Position numbers and translations under genes: made by a program. The notes beneath the pieces are model-generated. The model worked only from the letters and a program-made list of their open reading frames with translations. It was not told where the DNA came from and did not search any database. A stretch of DNA of 64,000 bases, from NCBI GenBank assembly GCA_964634305.1, contig CAZWLE010000002.1, positions 921 through 64,920 of the forward strand, read 5' to 3'. The stretch comes from an uncultured Candidatus Saccharibacteria bacterium (GTDB lineage: Bacteria; Patescibacteriota; Minisyncoccia; Phycocordibacterales; Phycocordibacteraceae). Below are positions 8,820-18,678 of this stretch, one piece after another. Positions within the stretch are counted from its first letter, which is position 1. The number at the start of each line of letters is the position of its first letter.

Positions 8820-9671
8820 ATGGCTAAGAAGATACTCGTTACCGGTGGGGCAGGCTTTGTCGGCTCCGCCCTGTGTCGTCGCCTCAAGGAAGAGGGACAT
8901 ACCGTCATATCCCTCGATAACTATTTCACGGGCTCAAAGGACAACCATATCGAAGGGGTCGAATATCGCGAGGGACACACCAAGAACATAACGACGCTTG
9001 TTCCTGAGACTCCTGACCTTGTCTATCACCTTGGTGAATACTCACGTGTCGAGAAGAGTTTTGAAGACCCAGAATTGGTATGGGACCTCAACAAGGCGGG
9101 TACGTTTGGCGTTGCAGAATTCTGCAGAACACGTGGAGTGAAAATGGTATATGCCGGGTCTTCGACAAAGTTTGGTGATGGTGGTCTAGGCCGTGATCAG
9201 TCACCCTATGCTTGGACAAAAGCAACGAATACCGAGCTCGTACGTAATTACGGTGACTGGTACGGTATGAACTATGCCGTGACGTATTTCTATAACGTCT
9301 ATGGTCCTGGTGAACGTTCTGGTGCGTATGGAACGGTTATCGAGATTTTCCGTCAGAAACGAATGAAGGGAGAAACACTCATGGTTAATGCGCCAGGTAC
9401 GCAAATGCGCAATTTCACGCATATAGATGATATTGTCGACGGATTGCTGTTAGTGGGTGAGAAGGGAGAAGGAGATGATTTTGGTATTGGCGATGAGCGC
9501 GCGTATACCATACTCGAAGTGGCTCAAATGTTTGGTGGCGAGGTAGTGCTTGGTCCAGAAGTGCGTGGTAATCGTCAGACGAGCGAAATAGACACCTCAA
9601 AGACACGCGCACTAGGGTGGGAACCAAAACGTAGTCTTGCTGACTACATCAACCAGTCGCTACAGTCGTAG
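8820..9671 (+). CDS. NAD-dependent epimerase/dehydratase (extended SDR), UDP-sugar-modifying.
   Basis: VTGGAGFVGSALCRRL Rossmann motif and a YAWTK catalytic YxxxK motif. Confidence 0.8.
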   Translation: MAKKILVTGGAGFVGSALCRRLKEEGHTVISLDNYFTGSKDNHIEGVEYREGHTKNITTLVPETPDLVYHLGEYSRVEKSFEDPELVWDLNKAGTFGVAEFCRTRGVKMVYAGSSTKFGDGGLGRDQSPYAWTKATNTELVRNYGDWYGMNYAVTYFYNVYGPGERSGAYGTVIEIFRQKRMKGETLMVNAPGTQMRNFTHIDDIVDGLLLVGEKGEGDDFGIGDERAYTILEVAQMFGGEVVLGPEVRGNRQTSEIDTSKTRALGWEPKRSLADYINQSLQS

Positions 9672-10538
9672 CCCGCGACTTTCAATAATTGAGTGCTCAG
9701 CAGCACCGAGAATCTGTACAATGTCGCGTCCAAGCGTTACGTCGCTGTAAGGGCGGGTCCTATATTCGACTGTCTCGAGGAACGCACGTAGTTCTAGCGT
9801 GAGTGGCCACTCTGTAGCAAAGGGAAGGGACTCACTGCTGCCTTCCTTAGTGATGCGGGTGAGAGTCTTTGCTACATCGTCGTAGGTAAGTGACCCTTCC
9901 GTACCAATCACCTGAAAGATTCGTTTCTTTTCCGGTCCAATCCAGTCGCTCCGAATGGTGCCGTGTACATCATGGTTGAACATAAGTTCGAGTAACCCGC
10001 GGTCGTAGATGGTGCTCTCTGGTCGCGATAGTGCTTCTCCTTCTGCGCGAACCTCAAGTGGGAAGCCGGCGATATCAAGCATCATGGATAGGTCGTGCGG
10101 TGCTGAGTCCCAGAGCGTTGAATAGTCAGTACGTACCGGCCCTTCGTGTGATTCAGTGCCTTGCAAAGATATGAGCGTCCCTATTGAGGGAAGGGCGTCT
10201 TTAAGCGCGCGGAACGCAGGATTGTAGAGATGAACGTGCCCAACCATTACCGGTACGCCGGTCTTCTCTGAGGCGGCTACCAGGGCGTTCGCTTCCTCAA
10301 ACGAAAGCGTCATCGGCTTTTCTATGAATACCGGAATACCCTTCTCTATGAATGCGAGTGCTATCTCTGCATGTGTGGAAGGTGGAGTAGCAATGATAAC
10401 GCCGTCGATATCATCGTTCTCAAGTAACATTCGCCACTCGTGTGTTGCTTCATGCGCGAGCTCGCACGGAAGCGTCGCAAGTGTGGCGCGTATCTTTTGT
10501 CCCCATCTTCCAGCTCCGATGAGTGCGAGACGGGGCAT
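9660..10538 (-). CDS. Gfo/Idh/MocA-family NAD(P)-dependent oxidoreductase (sugar dehydrogenase).
   Basis: LALIGAGRWGQK N-terminal dinucleotide-binding motif and IATPPSTHAEIALAFIEKGIPVFIEKP. Confidence 0.8.
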   Translation of the reverse strand: MPRLALIGAGRWGQKIRATLATLPCELAHEATHEWRMLLENDDIDGVIIATPPSTHAEIALAFIEKGIPVFIEKPMTLSFEEANALVAASEKTGVPVMVGHVHLYNPAFRALKDALPSIGTLISLQGTESHEGPVRTDYSTLWDSAPHDLSMMLDIAGFPLEVRAEGEALSRPESTIYDRGLLELMFNHDVHGTIRSDWIGPEKKRIFQVIGTEGSLTYDDVAKTLTRITKEGSSESLPFATEWPLTLELRAFLETVEYRTRPYSDVTLGRDIVQILGAAEHSIIESRGLRL

Positions 10539-10541
10539 AGG

Positions 10542-11612
10542 TTATGTTGTGGTGTAACGCTCGTCGGTTTTTGCCCAATCGATGAAGCGACGTATGCCGT
10601 CCTCAAGAGATACTTCTGACGCGTATCCAAGATGCTCGCGTGCTTTGCTCAAATCTGGGCAGCGGCGCTGTGGTTCTCCTGCAGGGTAGGTATCTGGATA
10701 CGGAATGAGCGCATATGAAGCGCCACCGCCTTCAATGTCTGCAAAAAGCTTAGCGAGGTCCTTCATCGCTATCTCGTTATCTGCATTTCCAATGTTGTAC
10801 GCCTCTCCTGGCTTACCGGAGACCAAGACCTTAAGGAATCCAGTCATGGCATCAGTGATGTAGCAGAACGTGCGGGTCTGCACGCCGTCGCCGTGCACCG
10901 GAATGGTCTGCTTGTTAAGTGCTTGGTAGGCAAACATAGGAAGCACGCGTCGGTCTGCGTGTCCCATACCTGGTCCAAAGACATTGAACGGACGAACAAT
11001 TTTTGTTGGGACACCAAAACGTTCGTTGTAGATAGTCGCAATAGTTTCGCCAAGACGCTTCGATTCGTCGTAGCAGGCGCGTGGTCCTACTGATGACACA
11101 TAGCCGTGATACGTCTCTGGAGTGGGGACCGCAGAAGGGTCTGGATCTCCATAAATCTCACTCGAACTAAAGAAGAGAAAACCCTCAAGTTCCTTTTGCT
11201 TGCGTGCCAGTTCAAGAAGATTCTCGATGCCGCTAATAGCACTCTTGATGGTCTCCATTGGAAACTGTTTGTAATAGACCGGAGAAGCAAGACCTGCCGC
11301 GTGAATGATGTAGTGGATGTCTTCTCGAATAGGAAGAGGATGAGACACATCGCCCCATACCTCCATGATGTCAGCACGACCCTTATGATCGAAATGGGGA
11401 TGCGCCGAGCCGGTGATGAAGTTATCAACCGAGATTACCTTGGCAGGAGTCGTGAATACATGGTCATTGAGGTGGGCAATGGTGCCGATAATGTATTTAC
11501 CGAGGAAACCTGAGCCTCCAGATACGAGTATCGTTTTGCCCTCGAGCTTTTTGGCATCAGCGCCAAGCCCCTTCGCGATAGCCGCGATGTCTTCTTTTAC
11601 GATTGCCGACAT
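10542..11612 (-). CDS. NAD-dependent epimerase/dehydratase (UDP-glucuronate decarboxylase / 4,6-dehydratase-like extended SDR).
   Basis: VSGGSGFLGKYII Rossmann motif and a YDESKR catalytic YxxxK motif. Confidence 0.8.
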   Translation of the reverse strand: MSAIVKEDIAAIAKGLGADAKKLEGKTILVSGGSGFLGKYIIGTIAHLNDHVFTTPAKVISVDNFITGSAHPHFDHKGRADIMEVWGDVSHPLPIREDIHYIIHAAGLASPVYYKQFPMETIKSAISGIENLLELARKQKELEGFLFFSSSEIYGDPDPSAVPTPETYHGYVSSVGPRACYDESKRLGETIATIYNERFGVPTKIVRPFNVFGPGMGHADRRVLPMFAYQALNKQTIPVHGDGVQTRTFCYITDAMTGFLKVLVSGKPGEAYNIGNADNEIAMKDLAKLFADIEGGGASYALIPYPDTYPAGEPQRRCPDLSKAREHLGYASEVSLEDGIRRFIDWAKTDERYTTT

Positions 11613-11651
11613 GATAGGGGGATAGTAACAGAAACCCCCGCAGAGCGATAC

Positions 11652-12830
11652 TTACACCTCGCGTGGAGGAATGGGGATGAGATACCGATATGCGTTACCG
11701 GTTTTCTGTTTTATATCCTCAATATATTCGTAGGCGAATACCACCAAAAGGTCTGGCTTCTCAGCGTCGAGATGTTCTTTAGGGACGATAGGGATGTGCT
11801 TACCGGGACTCGTGCGTCCTTGTTTCAAGGGACTGTCATCGACGATGAATGGAATGAGGTCTATGCCAATGTCACCGAAGTTCGTAATGGTCGCAACACG
11901 AGCAGGAGAGCTGTAACCCGCTACCTTCACTCCCTCTGCCTTGTATGCTTCGAGCTTTTTCTTGAAGTCAGTAACATATTGCGTCGATGTCTCACAGAAT
12001 TCGATGAGTTTTGGAAGGGTGAGGGTCTCTGCTTCTTCTTTAAGCATTGTGGCGACGGCAATCGATTGTGCGGCAGAGGCGCTTTCTTTTTGAATGTAGA
12101 CCTGCAAAGAACCACCATGGGGTTCGATGTGCTTCACGTCAGTAATCTTCATGCCGTGACTCTTGAAGAGGTCGCGCAAAGATGTGAGTGAATAGTAGAA
12201 GGGCCGATCAAAGTAGAACCGTTCAAACTGAACTTTCTGCACAATGTCAGCGAGATACTCGACTTCGATAATGAAGACGCCTTCGTCAGTGATGAGATTT
12301 TTAACGTCCTCAATCACCTGATGTGGGTCTTCAAGATGCGTGAATACCGATGAGCAGATTATCGCGTCAGACTTTCCATACTTCTCAGTAATCTCTGTAA
12401 CACTCTCGGCATTGAAAAACGAGGTGATGGTTTCTAGCCCTTCGTCGTTAGCAAGCTTCGAAACGTTAATAGATGGTTCGACACCTACCGCTTGTACTCC
12501 TAGCTTCTTGAGTGGACGTAGCAAGATACCGTCATTTGAACCAATGTCGACCACCAATGCTGCATCTTTGAGTGTTTCCGCGAGTGCATCAAAGTGACGT
12601 ACGAGGCCAGGATTTACCGAAGAGAGATAGTAGTAGTCCTCGAACATCTCTTCGCGCGATATGAGTTCACCAAGCTGCACATTTTTGCAGGTCGTACAAA
12701 AAAACACCTGCATAGGATAGAACTTTTCTGCAGCAATCTGTTCGGGCTTTGGATACTTGTTAGCGAGGGGTTGCTGGCCGAGGCTGAAAAACTCTACTGC
12801 GGTATCGTTGTGGCAAAGACGGCATTCCAT
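11652..12830 (-). CDS. NDP-hexose C-methyltransferase (TylCIII-like), with an N-terminal Zn-ribbon and a C-terminal Methyltransf_14-like domain.
   Basis: N-terminal CRLCHNDTAVEFFSLGQQPLANKY (CxxC...GxQPLAN) and a class-I SAM motif VVDIGSNDGILL. Confidence 0.7.
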   Translation of the reverse strand: MECRLCHNDTAVEFFSLGQQPLANKYPKPEQIAAEKFYPMQVFFCTTCKNVQLGELISREEMFEDYYYLSSVNPGLVRHFDALAETLKDAALVVDIGSNDGILLRPLKKLGVQAVGVEPSINVSKLANDEGLETITSFFNAESVTEITEKYGKSDAIICSSVFTHLEDPHQVIEDVKNLITDEGVFIIEVEYLADIVQKVQFERFYFDRPFYYSLTSLRDLFKSHGMKITDVKHIEPHGGSLQVYIQKESASAAQSIAVATMLKEEAETLTLPKLIEFCETSTQYVTDFKKKLEAYKAEGVKVAGYSSPARVATITNFGDIGIDLIPFIVDDSPLKQGRTSPGKHIPIVPKEHLDAEKPDLLVVFAYEYIEDIKQKTGNAYRYLIPIPPREV

Positions 12831-12895
12831 ATGCGTCGAAGTCTATCCCGCGCTGCCTTTTAATAAAAGCGCCCTAATAAGGTAGGCTCTAGGGG

Positions 12896-14113
12896 ATGAA
12901 GAAGGTGCTCATCCTCTCCCTCAACTATTACCCTCGCTTTATAGGTGGGGCAGAGGTGGCTATAAAAGAGATAACCGACCGTATATCGCCGGAGGACATC
13001 GAGTTCCATATGGTGACCTTGCGGTTTGATGCGTCGCTTCCTGAGGTAGAGCAAATAGGGAATGTATTGGTACACCGTATTGGATTGACTCGTCAGAATC
13101 CCTCCATAGCTGACCTTCGTCGCTACCCGCTTCACCTAAATAAATACCTATTCCAGTTTATGGCAGCAGGGAAAGCCCATGCGCTCCACAAACAGCATCG
13201 ATACGACGCTATATGGGGCATGATGGCGCACGCAAGTGCTATTCCTGCTGGTCTGTTTAAAAAACAGCATCCCGACGTGCGCTACCTCCTTACGCTTCAG
13301 GAAGGTGACCCGCCAGAACACATTGAGCGTCTCATGCGACCAGTGTTTGGTCTTTTTAAACAAGGGTTTCGTAGTGCTGATGCCATGCAAACGATTTCTA
13401 CTTTTCTTCTCGCATGGGGTCGTCGTATGGGTTTTGAAGGACATGGCGAAGTGGTGCCAAATGGTGTCGACAGTAAACGATTCTCTACCGTACATGCACC
13501 CGAAGACATAGCACGGATGCAGCAGTCGCTTGGAAAGAAGGAGGGGGACGTATATATCGTGACGACCTCACGTCTGGTGCATAAGAACGGACTCGATGAT
13601 GTCATACGGGCGCTACCGCTCCTACCGGACACGGTGTCCTTTCTTATATATGGTATTGGTCCGGAAGAAGAAGCGTTGAAGCGCCTAGCAACCGCGCAGG
13701 GCGTCATGCATCGTGTTCGTTTTATGGGCACGATTACGCATGAAGATATGCCACGCATGCTTGCGGCATGTGACATTTTTGCTCGACCATCGCGCTCGGA
13801 GGGTATGGGTAACTCATTTGTTGAAGCCATGGCTGCCAGTATCCCCGTTATTGCAACGCAAGAGGGAGGATTGTCTGACTTTATTTTTGACAAAGAACGT
13901 AATCCACATAAGCCTGCGACGGCATGGGCGGTTGATAAAGATGCGCCCGAGCAAATAGCCACAGCAGTGAAGGCGATACTTGCGGACCCCTCTGCTACGC
14001 ATAAAACGGTCGCAACGGCCAAGGCACTTGCACTCTCCGAGTACGATTGGAATCTCGTTGCTACTAAGATGAAGGCAATATTCAGTCGTCTGTTTAAGGG
14101 CGGTAATATATAG
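12896..14113 (+). CDS. Glycosyltransferase family 4 (GT-B).
   Basis: C-terminal EGMGNSFVEAMAASIPVIATQEGG (E-x7-E GT1/GT4 motif). Confidence 0.8.
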   Translation: MKKVLILSLNYYPRFIGGAEVAIKEITDRISPEDIEFHMVTLRFDASLPEVEQIGNVLVHRIGLTRQNPSIADLRRYPLHLNKYLFQFMAAGKAHALHKQHRYDAIWGMMAHASAIPAGLFKKQHPDVRYLLTLQEGDPPEHIERLMRPVFGLFKQGFRSADAMQTISTFLLAWGRRMGFEGHGEVVPNGVDSKRFSTVHAPEDIARMQQSLGKKEGDVYIVTTSRLVHKNGLDDVIRALPLLPDTVSFLIYGIGPEEEALKRLATAQGVMHRVRFMGTITHEDMPRMLAACDIFARPSRSEGMGNSFVEAMAASIPVIATQEGGLSDFIFDKERNPHKPATAWAVDKDAPEQIATAVKAILADPSATHKTVATAKALALSEYDWNLVATKMKAIFSRLFKGGNI

Positions 14114-14116
14114 ACG

Positions 14117-15133
14117 ATGAAGTTGGTCATTGCGACACCGTTGTATCCTCCGGAACCGGGAGGCCCTGCAACGTACGTAAAACTTCTAGAAGAAGGATTA
14201 CCTTTGCGCGGTATTGAGGTGACCGTCGTTAAATTCTCCGATGTGCGTCGCTTCCCGAAAGTGTTTCGTCACATCGCATATCAAGGGAAGGTGACGAAGG
14301 CGCTCAAAGACGCCGATGCGGTGCTTGCACTTGATCCAGCATCTGTTGGCTATCCGGTAATGCTTGCTGCAAAGAAAGCGAAGAAACCCTTTTTTGTAAA
14401 AGTGGTAGGTGACTATGCGTGGGAACAGGGAACACAGCGGTTTGGCGTGACGCTCCCTCTCGATGAGTTTGTGAAAACAAATGACATACCGTTCCCGGTC
14501 AGTATGTTGCGAAAGATGCAGACGCTCGTCGCACGTGAGGCAAAGCGCGTCATTGTACCGAGTGACTATTTAAAGGACATCGTTACGGCATGGGGTATCT
14601 CGACAGAGAATATTGATGTCATCAATAACGCCATAGAGATTCCAGATGCATTACCAACGATTCCGCGCACGAGCACTGAATTTCTTGTGGTGTCGGTTGG
14701 TCGCGATGTGCCGTGGAAGGGATTTGATGCGATTCGTCGCATTGGCGCACGACATGTCGAAGATGGGTGGCGCGTAGAAATTATTTCCGACAAGACGCGC
14801 GATGAGGCGCTGGGGTGGATGAAGGCGGCTGACGTGTTCGTACTCAATTCTCGCTACGAAGGCTTCCCTCATACGTTGGTGGAAGCGATGACTATTGGAA
14901 CGCCTGTTATCGCTGCGGATAATCGGGGGAATGCCGCTCTCATAGAAAAAGGGAAAACGGGACTGTTGGTTCCTCAGGATGATGACGATGCGCTTGAGCG
15001 TGCACTGTTGAACGTTCGCGGACATCGCGCAGACGCCATGATGCGCGCAAGCATTGCCCGCGAGCGGGCGGAGGTATATACCGTTCCTCGCATGCTTGAT
15101 GCGACTGCGGCGTTCCTAAAAACGCATGTATGA
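14117..15133 (+). CDS. Glycosyltransferase family 4 (GT-B).
   Basis: EGFPHTLVEAMTIGTPVIAADNRGNAALI motif. Confidence 0.8.
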   Translation: MKLVIATPLYPPEPGGPATYVKLLEEGLPLRGIEVTVVKFSDVRRFPKVFRHIAYQGKVTKALKDADAVLALDPASVGYPVMLAAKKAKKPFFVKVVGDYAWEQGTQRFGVTLPLDEFVKTNDIPFPVSMLRKMQTLVAREAKRVIVPSDYLKDIVTAWGISTENIDVINNAIEIPDALPTIPRTSTEFLVVSVGRDVPWKGFDAIRRIGARHVEDGWRVEIISDKTRDEALGWMKAADVFVLNSRYEGFPHTLVEAMTIGTPVIAADNRGNAALIEKGKTGLLVPQDDDDALERALLNVRGHRADAMMRASIARERAEVYTVPRMLDATAAFLKTHV

Positions 15134-16254
15134 AAGCGCTCTTTATAAGTAACGACCCTAGTGCTTTTAATGCGTCGAGCGCAACTCGTGCCCGTCTGCG
15201 CGCGTATGCTGCGGTGATAGGTGAACTACATTTCCTTTCGCGCGGCAAAGGGAATGAGGAGCAGGACGGCTCGCTTTTTTTGCATCCTCTCTCTGGCGGC
15301 AAGGTCTCTGCGTTACTCTCCATGAAAGGGAAGGCGCGGAAGATAATTACGGAATGTGGTATCGAGGTCGTCTCAGCCCAAGACCCCTTTGAGCATGGAT
15401 GGATAGCGATGCATGCCGTACGTGGTACGAACGCGAAATTGCATCTTCAAGTGCACACCGATTTTCTCTCACCGTGGTTTGTGCGCTCAGGCATCTTCCG
15501 CTCCATGAAGATAAGTGTGCCACTCCTTAACCGTGTTCGATTGCATATTGCTGATGCTGTCGTGCCGCACGCGCACGGCATTCGTGTAGTCTCAGAGCGT
15601 ATTAAAGCGTCGCTGGTAGCAAAGTACCCAACGGCACCGATGCCGTCAGTGATTCCTGTATATGTAGAACCTACGGCGCCAGAACCAGTACCGTTTCCAG
15701 AACACGCCTTTTCATTCACCTTTGTCACAAGCGGAAGACTCGAGCCTGAAAAACGTATCGAGGACATCTTAATGGCACTCGGTCTTATTCAGCAGCACTA
15801 TCCGTCAGTAGGACTCGTTGTGATTGGTGATGGGAGCGAACGAGCGAAACTCGAGACGCTTGCGAAGAAACTCGGTCTCTCTGCTCGCGTCATGTTTATG
15901 GGTGAGCAAGGTATGAAGGCGTGGGCGTTCATCGGTAGTGCGCATGCGTACATACAAGCGAGTGCCTATGAAGGATACGGACGCACGCTCATTGAAGCAG
16001 CGCTCGCACGCGTACCTATAATTACGACCGACGTAGGTATCGTCGGGGAAGTGCTAAAAGGCTTTGAGCATGTGCTCGCAACCCCTCCTGCAGATGCTAA
16101 AAACCTCTCGGTACATATGGCAAGCCTCGTTGCCGACCAACAACTCCGTCGTTCACTGGTTCTAAACGCTGAAGCAGCAGTACGCGCTCATTTAGCAGCA
16201 TTTACTGACCAGCCACGATTAGTCGCCGAAGACCTTGCGAAAGCGGTACAATAG
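15130..16254 (+). CDS. Glycosyltransferase family 4 (GT-B).
   Basis: EGYGRTLIEAALARVPIITTDVGIVGEVL motif; start/stop-coupled with the upstream GT. Confidence 0.75.
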   Translation: MKALFISNDPSAFNASSATRARLRAYAAVIGELHFLSRGKGNEEQDGSLFLHPLSGGKVSALLSMKGKARKIITECGIEVVSAQDPFEHGWIAMHAVRGTNAKLHLQVHTDFLSPWFVRSGIFRSMKISVPLLNRVRLHIADAVVPHAHGIRVVSERIKASLVAKYPTAPMPSVIPVYVEPTAPEPVPFPEHAFSFTFVTSGRLEPEKRIEDILMALGLIQQHYPSVGLVVIGDGSERAKLETLAKKLGLSARVMFMGEQGMKAWAFIGSAHAYIQASAYEGYGRTLIEAALARVPIITTDVGIVGEVLKGFEHVLATPPADAKNLSVHMASLVADQQLRRSLVLNAEAAVRAHLAAFTDQPRLVAEDLAKAVQ

Positions 16255-16272
16255 AGGTACTACGGCATCTAC

Positions 16273-17238
16273 ATGAGAAACGTCGTGACCATAGGGGGCG
16301 GCACGGGCACCTTTGTCGTGCTCTCCGCCCTCCGTCGTATCCCAGGGCTCTCGCTTACTGCAATCGTCTCGTCCGCAGACGATGGAGGGTCTACGGGGCG
16401 TCTTCGTGATGCCTATGGTTTCTTGCCGCTTGGTGATGCACGCCAGGCGTTGGTGGCACTTGCGGAGGACGGTCAGGTCCTCCGTGACCTCTTTGCGTAC
16501 CGTTTTGCAAAGGGAGACATCCAAGGTCATAACCTCGGCAATCTCTTTCTTACAGCTCTTACCGACCTTCTTGGTTCGGATACGGCAGCACTTGAAGAAG
16601 CGTCAAAAATTCTACGTGTCTCGGGTCGGGTGATTCCTGCATCAGAAAAAGCAGGAACGCTCGTTGCCACATTTGCTGATGGCACTGAACTTGAAGGAGA
16701 ACATCATCTTGATGAGGTGGAGCCAGAGCGTGCACGCATTACCGCCCTTCGTCTCAAAGAATCGGTTGCTGCATCGACGGGTGCGCTACAAGCGCTTACA
16801 GAAGCCGATGTCATCATCATTGGTCCTGGTGACCTCTATGCTTCATCAATTGCGCCGCTCTTGCCAGAAGGCATGAAGGAGGCAGTCGCAACCTCAAAAG
16901 CGAAACTGGTATATATCGCAAACCTGTTCACTAAATCAGGTCAAACCGGTGGCATGACAGCCTCAGAGCATGTTGCTGAACTTACCCGGTACGTGGGTCG
17001 TGAAGCTGATTGTATTCTCTTTCATACAAACGGTGGTTTTGGTGCAGACGTTCTCGAGCTCTATGGGAAAGAGGGGGAAGAACCGATAGTTGATGATTTT
17101 GGTGATGACCTGCGTGTTACACGTACGTCAATAGCGTCGGTGCATATGGTACCTCCAGTCCCCGGTGACCCGGTGCCTCGCTCGCTTGCACGCCATGACC
17201 CTGAAAAGCTGGCCGCTGCGCTCACTACTTTGCTATGA
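16273..17238 (+). CDS. YvcK/CofD-like (UPF0052) protein; 2-phospho-L-lactate-transferase-family fold.
   Basis: VTIGGGTGTFVVLSAL...SSADDGGSTGRLR is the family hallmark. Confidence 0.7.
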   Translation: MRNVVTIGGGTGTFVVLSALRRIPGLSLTAIVSSADDGGSTGRLRDAYGFLPLGDARQALVALAEDGQVLRDLFAYRFAKGDIQGHNLGNLFLTALTDLLGSDTAALEEASKILRVSGRVIPASEKAGTLVATFADGTELEGEHHLDEVEPERARITALRLKESVAASTGALQALTEADVIIIGPGDLYASSIAPLLPEGMKEAVATSKAKLVYIANLFTKSGQTGGMTASEHVAELTRYVGREADCILFHTNGGFGADVLELYGKEGEEPIVDDFGDDLRVTRTSIASVHMVPPVPGDPVPRSLARHDPEKLAAALTTLL

Positions 17239-18101
17239 AGCGCATCGGATTCATTGGTCAAGGATGGATAGGAAAGCACTACGCTGATGATTTTGAGCGT
17301 CGCGGCTACGATGTTACGCGCTATGCGCTCGAAGAACCATATGCAAAAAATAAGAATGCGATTAAAGAATGCGATATTGTTTTTGTCGCTGTTCCTACTC
17401 CTACCACTAAAGAAGGCTTTGATGCGTCAATTGTACGTTCAGTACTGCCTCTTATTGGAGAGGGGAAGATAGCGGTATTGAAATCAACATTATTGCCTGG
17501 TACCACTAACGCTCTACAAGAAGAATTCCCTGACGTTATCGTTCTTCACTCTCCAGAGTTTTTGCGTGAAGCAAATGCCGCATATGATGCTGCACATCCA
17601 ACGCGAAATCTCGTTGGTATCCCTGAAGACAACGAGCGGTACCAGACAGCTGCAAAAGAGGTGCTTGCCGTTCTTCCACTCGCACCGTTTTCTGAAGTAA
17701 TGTCTGCGACGACTGCTGAACTTGTTAAGTACGCGGGCAATGTTTTTCTTGCTATGAAAGTCGTGTACGCCAACATGCTCTACGATCTCTCAGCACAGCT
17801 TGGCGTGCCGTATCAAGAATTGCGCGAAGCGCTTGGAGCAGACCCACGCATAGGTACTTCACATCTTTCTCCCGTTGATGCGAGCGGACATACTGACCAA
17901 AAAGGACGGGGCGCAGGAGGACATTGCTTCATTAAAGATCTCGAAGCATTTCGTCGACTCTACGCGGCTGAGGGAGATGCGGAAGGTGCTGCATTACTTG
18001 CTGCGATTGTTCGAAAAAACAACAAACTCCTCATAGACTCGGGTAAAGACGTAGAGCTCTTGAAGGGCGTGTACGATACAGAAAATGAAGTACTTCCTTG
18101 A
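17235..18101 (+). CDS. UDP-glucose/GDP-mannose dehydrogenase-family protein, short form (288 aa) lacking the C-terminal UDP-binding domain.
   Basis: IGFIGQGWIG NAD motif, SPEFLREANAAYDAAHPTRNLVGI, TAELVKYAGNVFLAMK, and a GAGGHCFIKD active-site Cys motif. The ORF stops ~100–130 aa short of canonical length. Confidence 0.65.
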   Translation: MKRIGFIGQGWIGKHYADDFERRGYDVTRYALEEPYAKNKNAIKECDIVFVAVPTPTTKEGFDASIVRSVLPLIGEGKIAVLKSTLLPGTTNALQEEFPDVIVLHSPEFLREANAAYDAAHPTRNLVGIPEDNERYQTAAKEVLAVLPLAPFSEVMSATTAELVKYAGNVFLAMKVVYANMLYDLSAQLGVPYQELREALGADPRIGTSHLSPVDASGHTDQKGRGAGGHCFIKDLEAFRRLYAAEGDAEGAALLAAIVRKNNKLLIDSGKDVELLKGVYDTENEVLP

Positions 18102-18678
18102 TTTTGATAGAACTCTGTTTGATACCGACGCATTCAATGCATCCTTGCCGGACGAGCCAGGCTGCGCCGCGTTTAAGGATGATTTAGAACGAGTACTTGC
18201 ACAAGGTCGTGACGATACACTCGCACCACCAGAACAACGTGCAATCGTATGGGAACGGATAACTCAAGCACTCAATTCTGGGGAGCTTTCCTTTGCGCCA
18301 GGATATCTTGAGCGATTTGTATATCCTGACGTTGCTGCATTTTTCTCACGCATTGATGATGAGGCAATCGTTGTTACCTATGGCGAAGAAACCCGTCAGC
18401 GTGCAAAAATTGAGAGTGCTCTCGCCAATGTCACCTCAGTACCTGTCCTCTATACGGGGGAGTTACCAAAAGCGGAGTTTCTTGCGTCCTGGTCAGGATA
18501 TAGCGGCGAGGAAGCGTATTTTATTGATGACCGAACACCCGAGCTGGTTAGAATCTCTGAACGATTCCCTGCACTCACGCTATATCGTATGCAGCGCAAC
18601 GGTGCACGCACTACTATCGAAGAACAGGAGCAGGAAACACGCTGGACGGATATTCATTCACTTGCAGAGCTCTCATGA
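18085..18678 (+). CDS. HAD-superfamily hydrolase-like protein (tentative).
   Basis: N-terminal DFDRTLFD matches HAD motif I (DxDxT). Confidence 0.45.
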   Translation: MKYFLDFDRTLFDTDAFNASLPDEPGCAAFKDDLERVLAQGRDDTLAPPEQRAIVWERITQALNSGELSFAPGYLERFVYPDVAAFFSRIDDEAIVVTYGEETRQRAKIESALANVTSVPVLYTGELPKAEFLASWSGYSGEEAYFIDDRTPELVRISERFPALTLYRMQRNGARTTIEEQEQETRWTDIHSLAELS

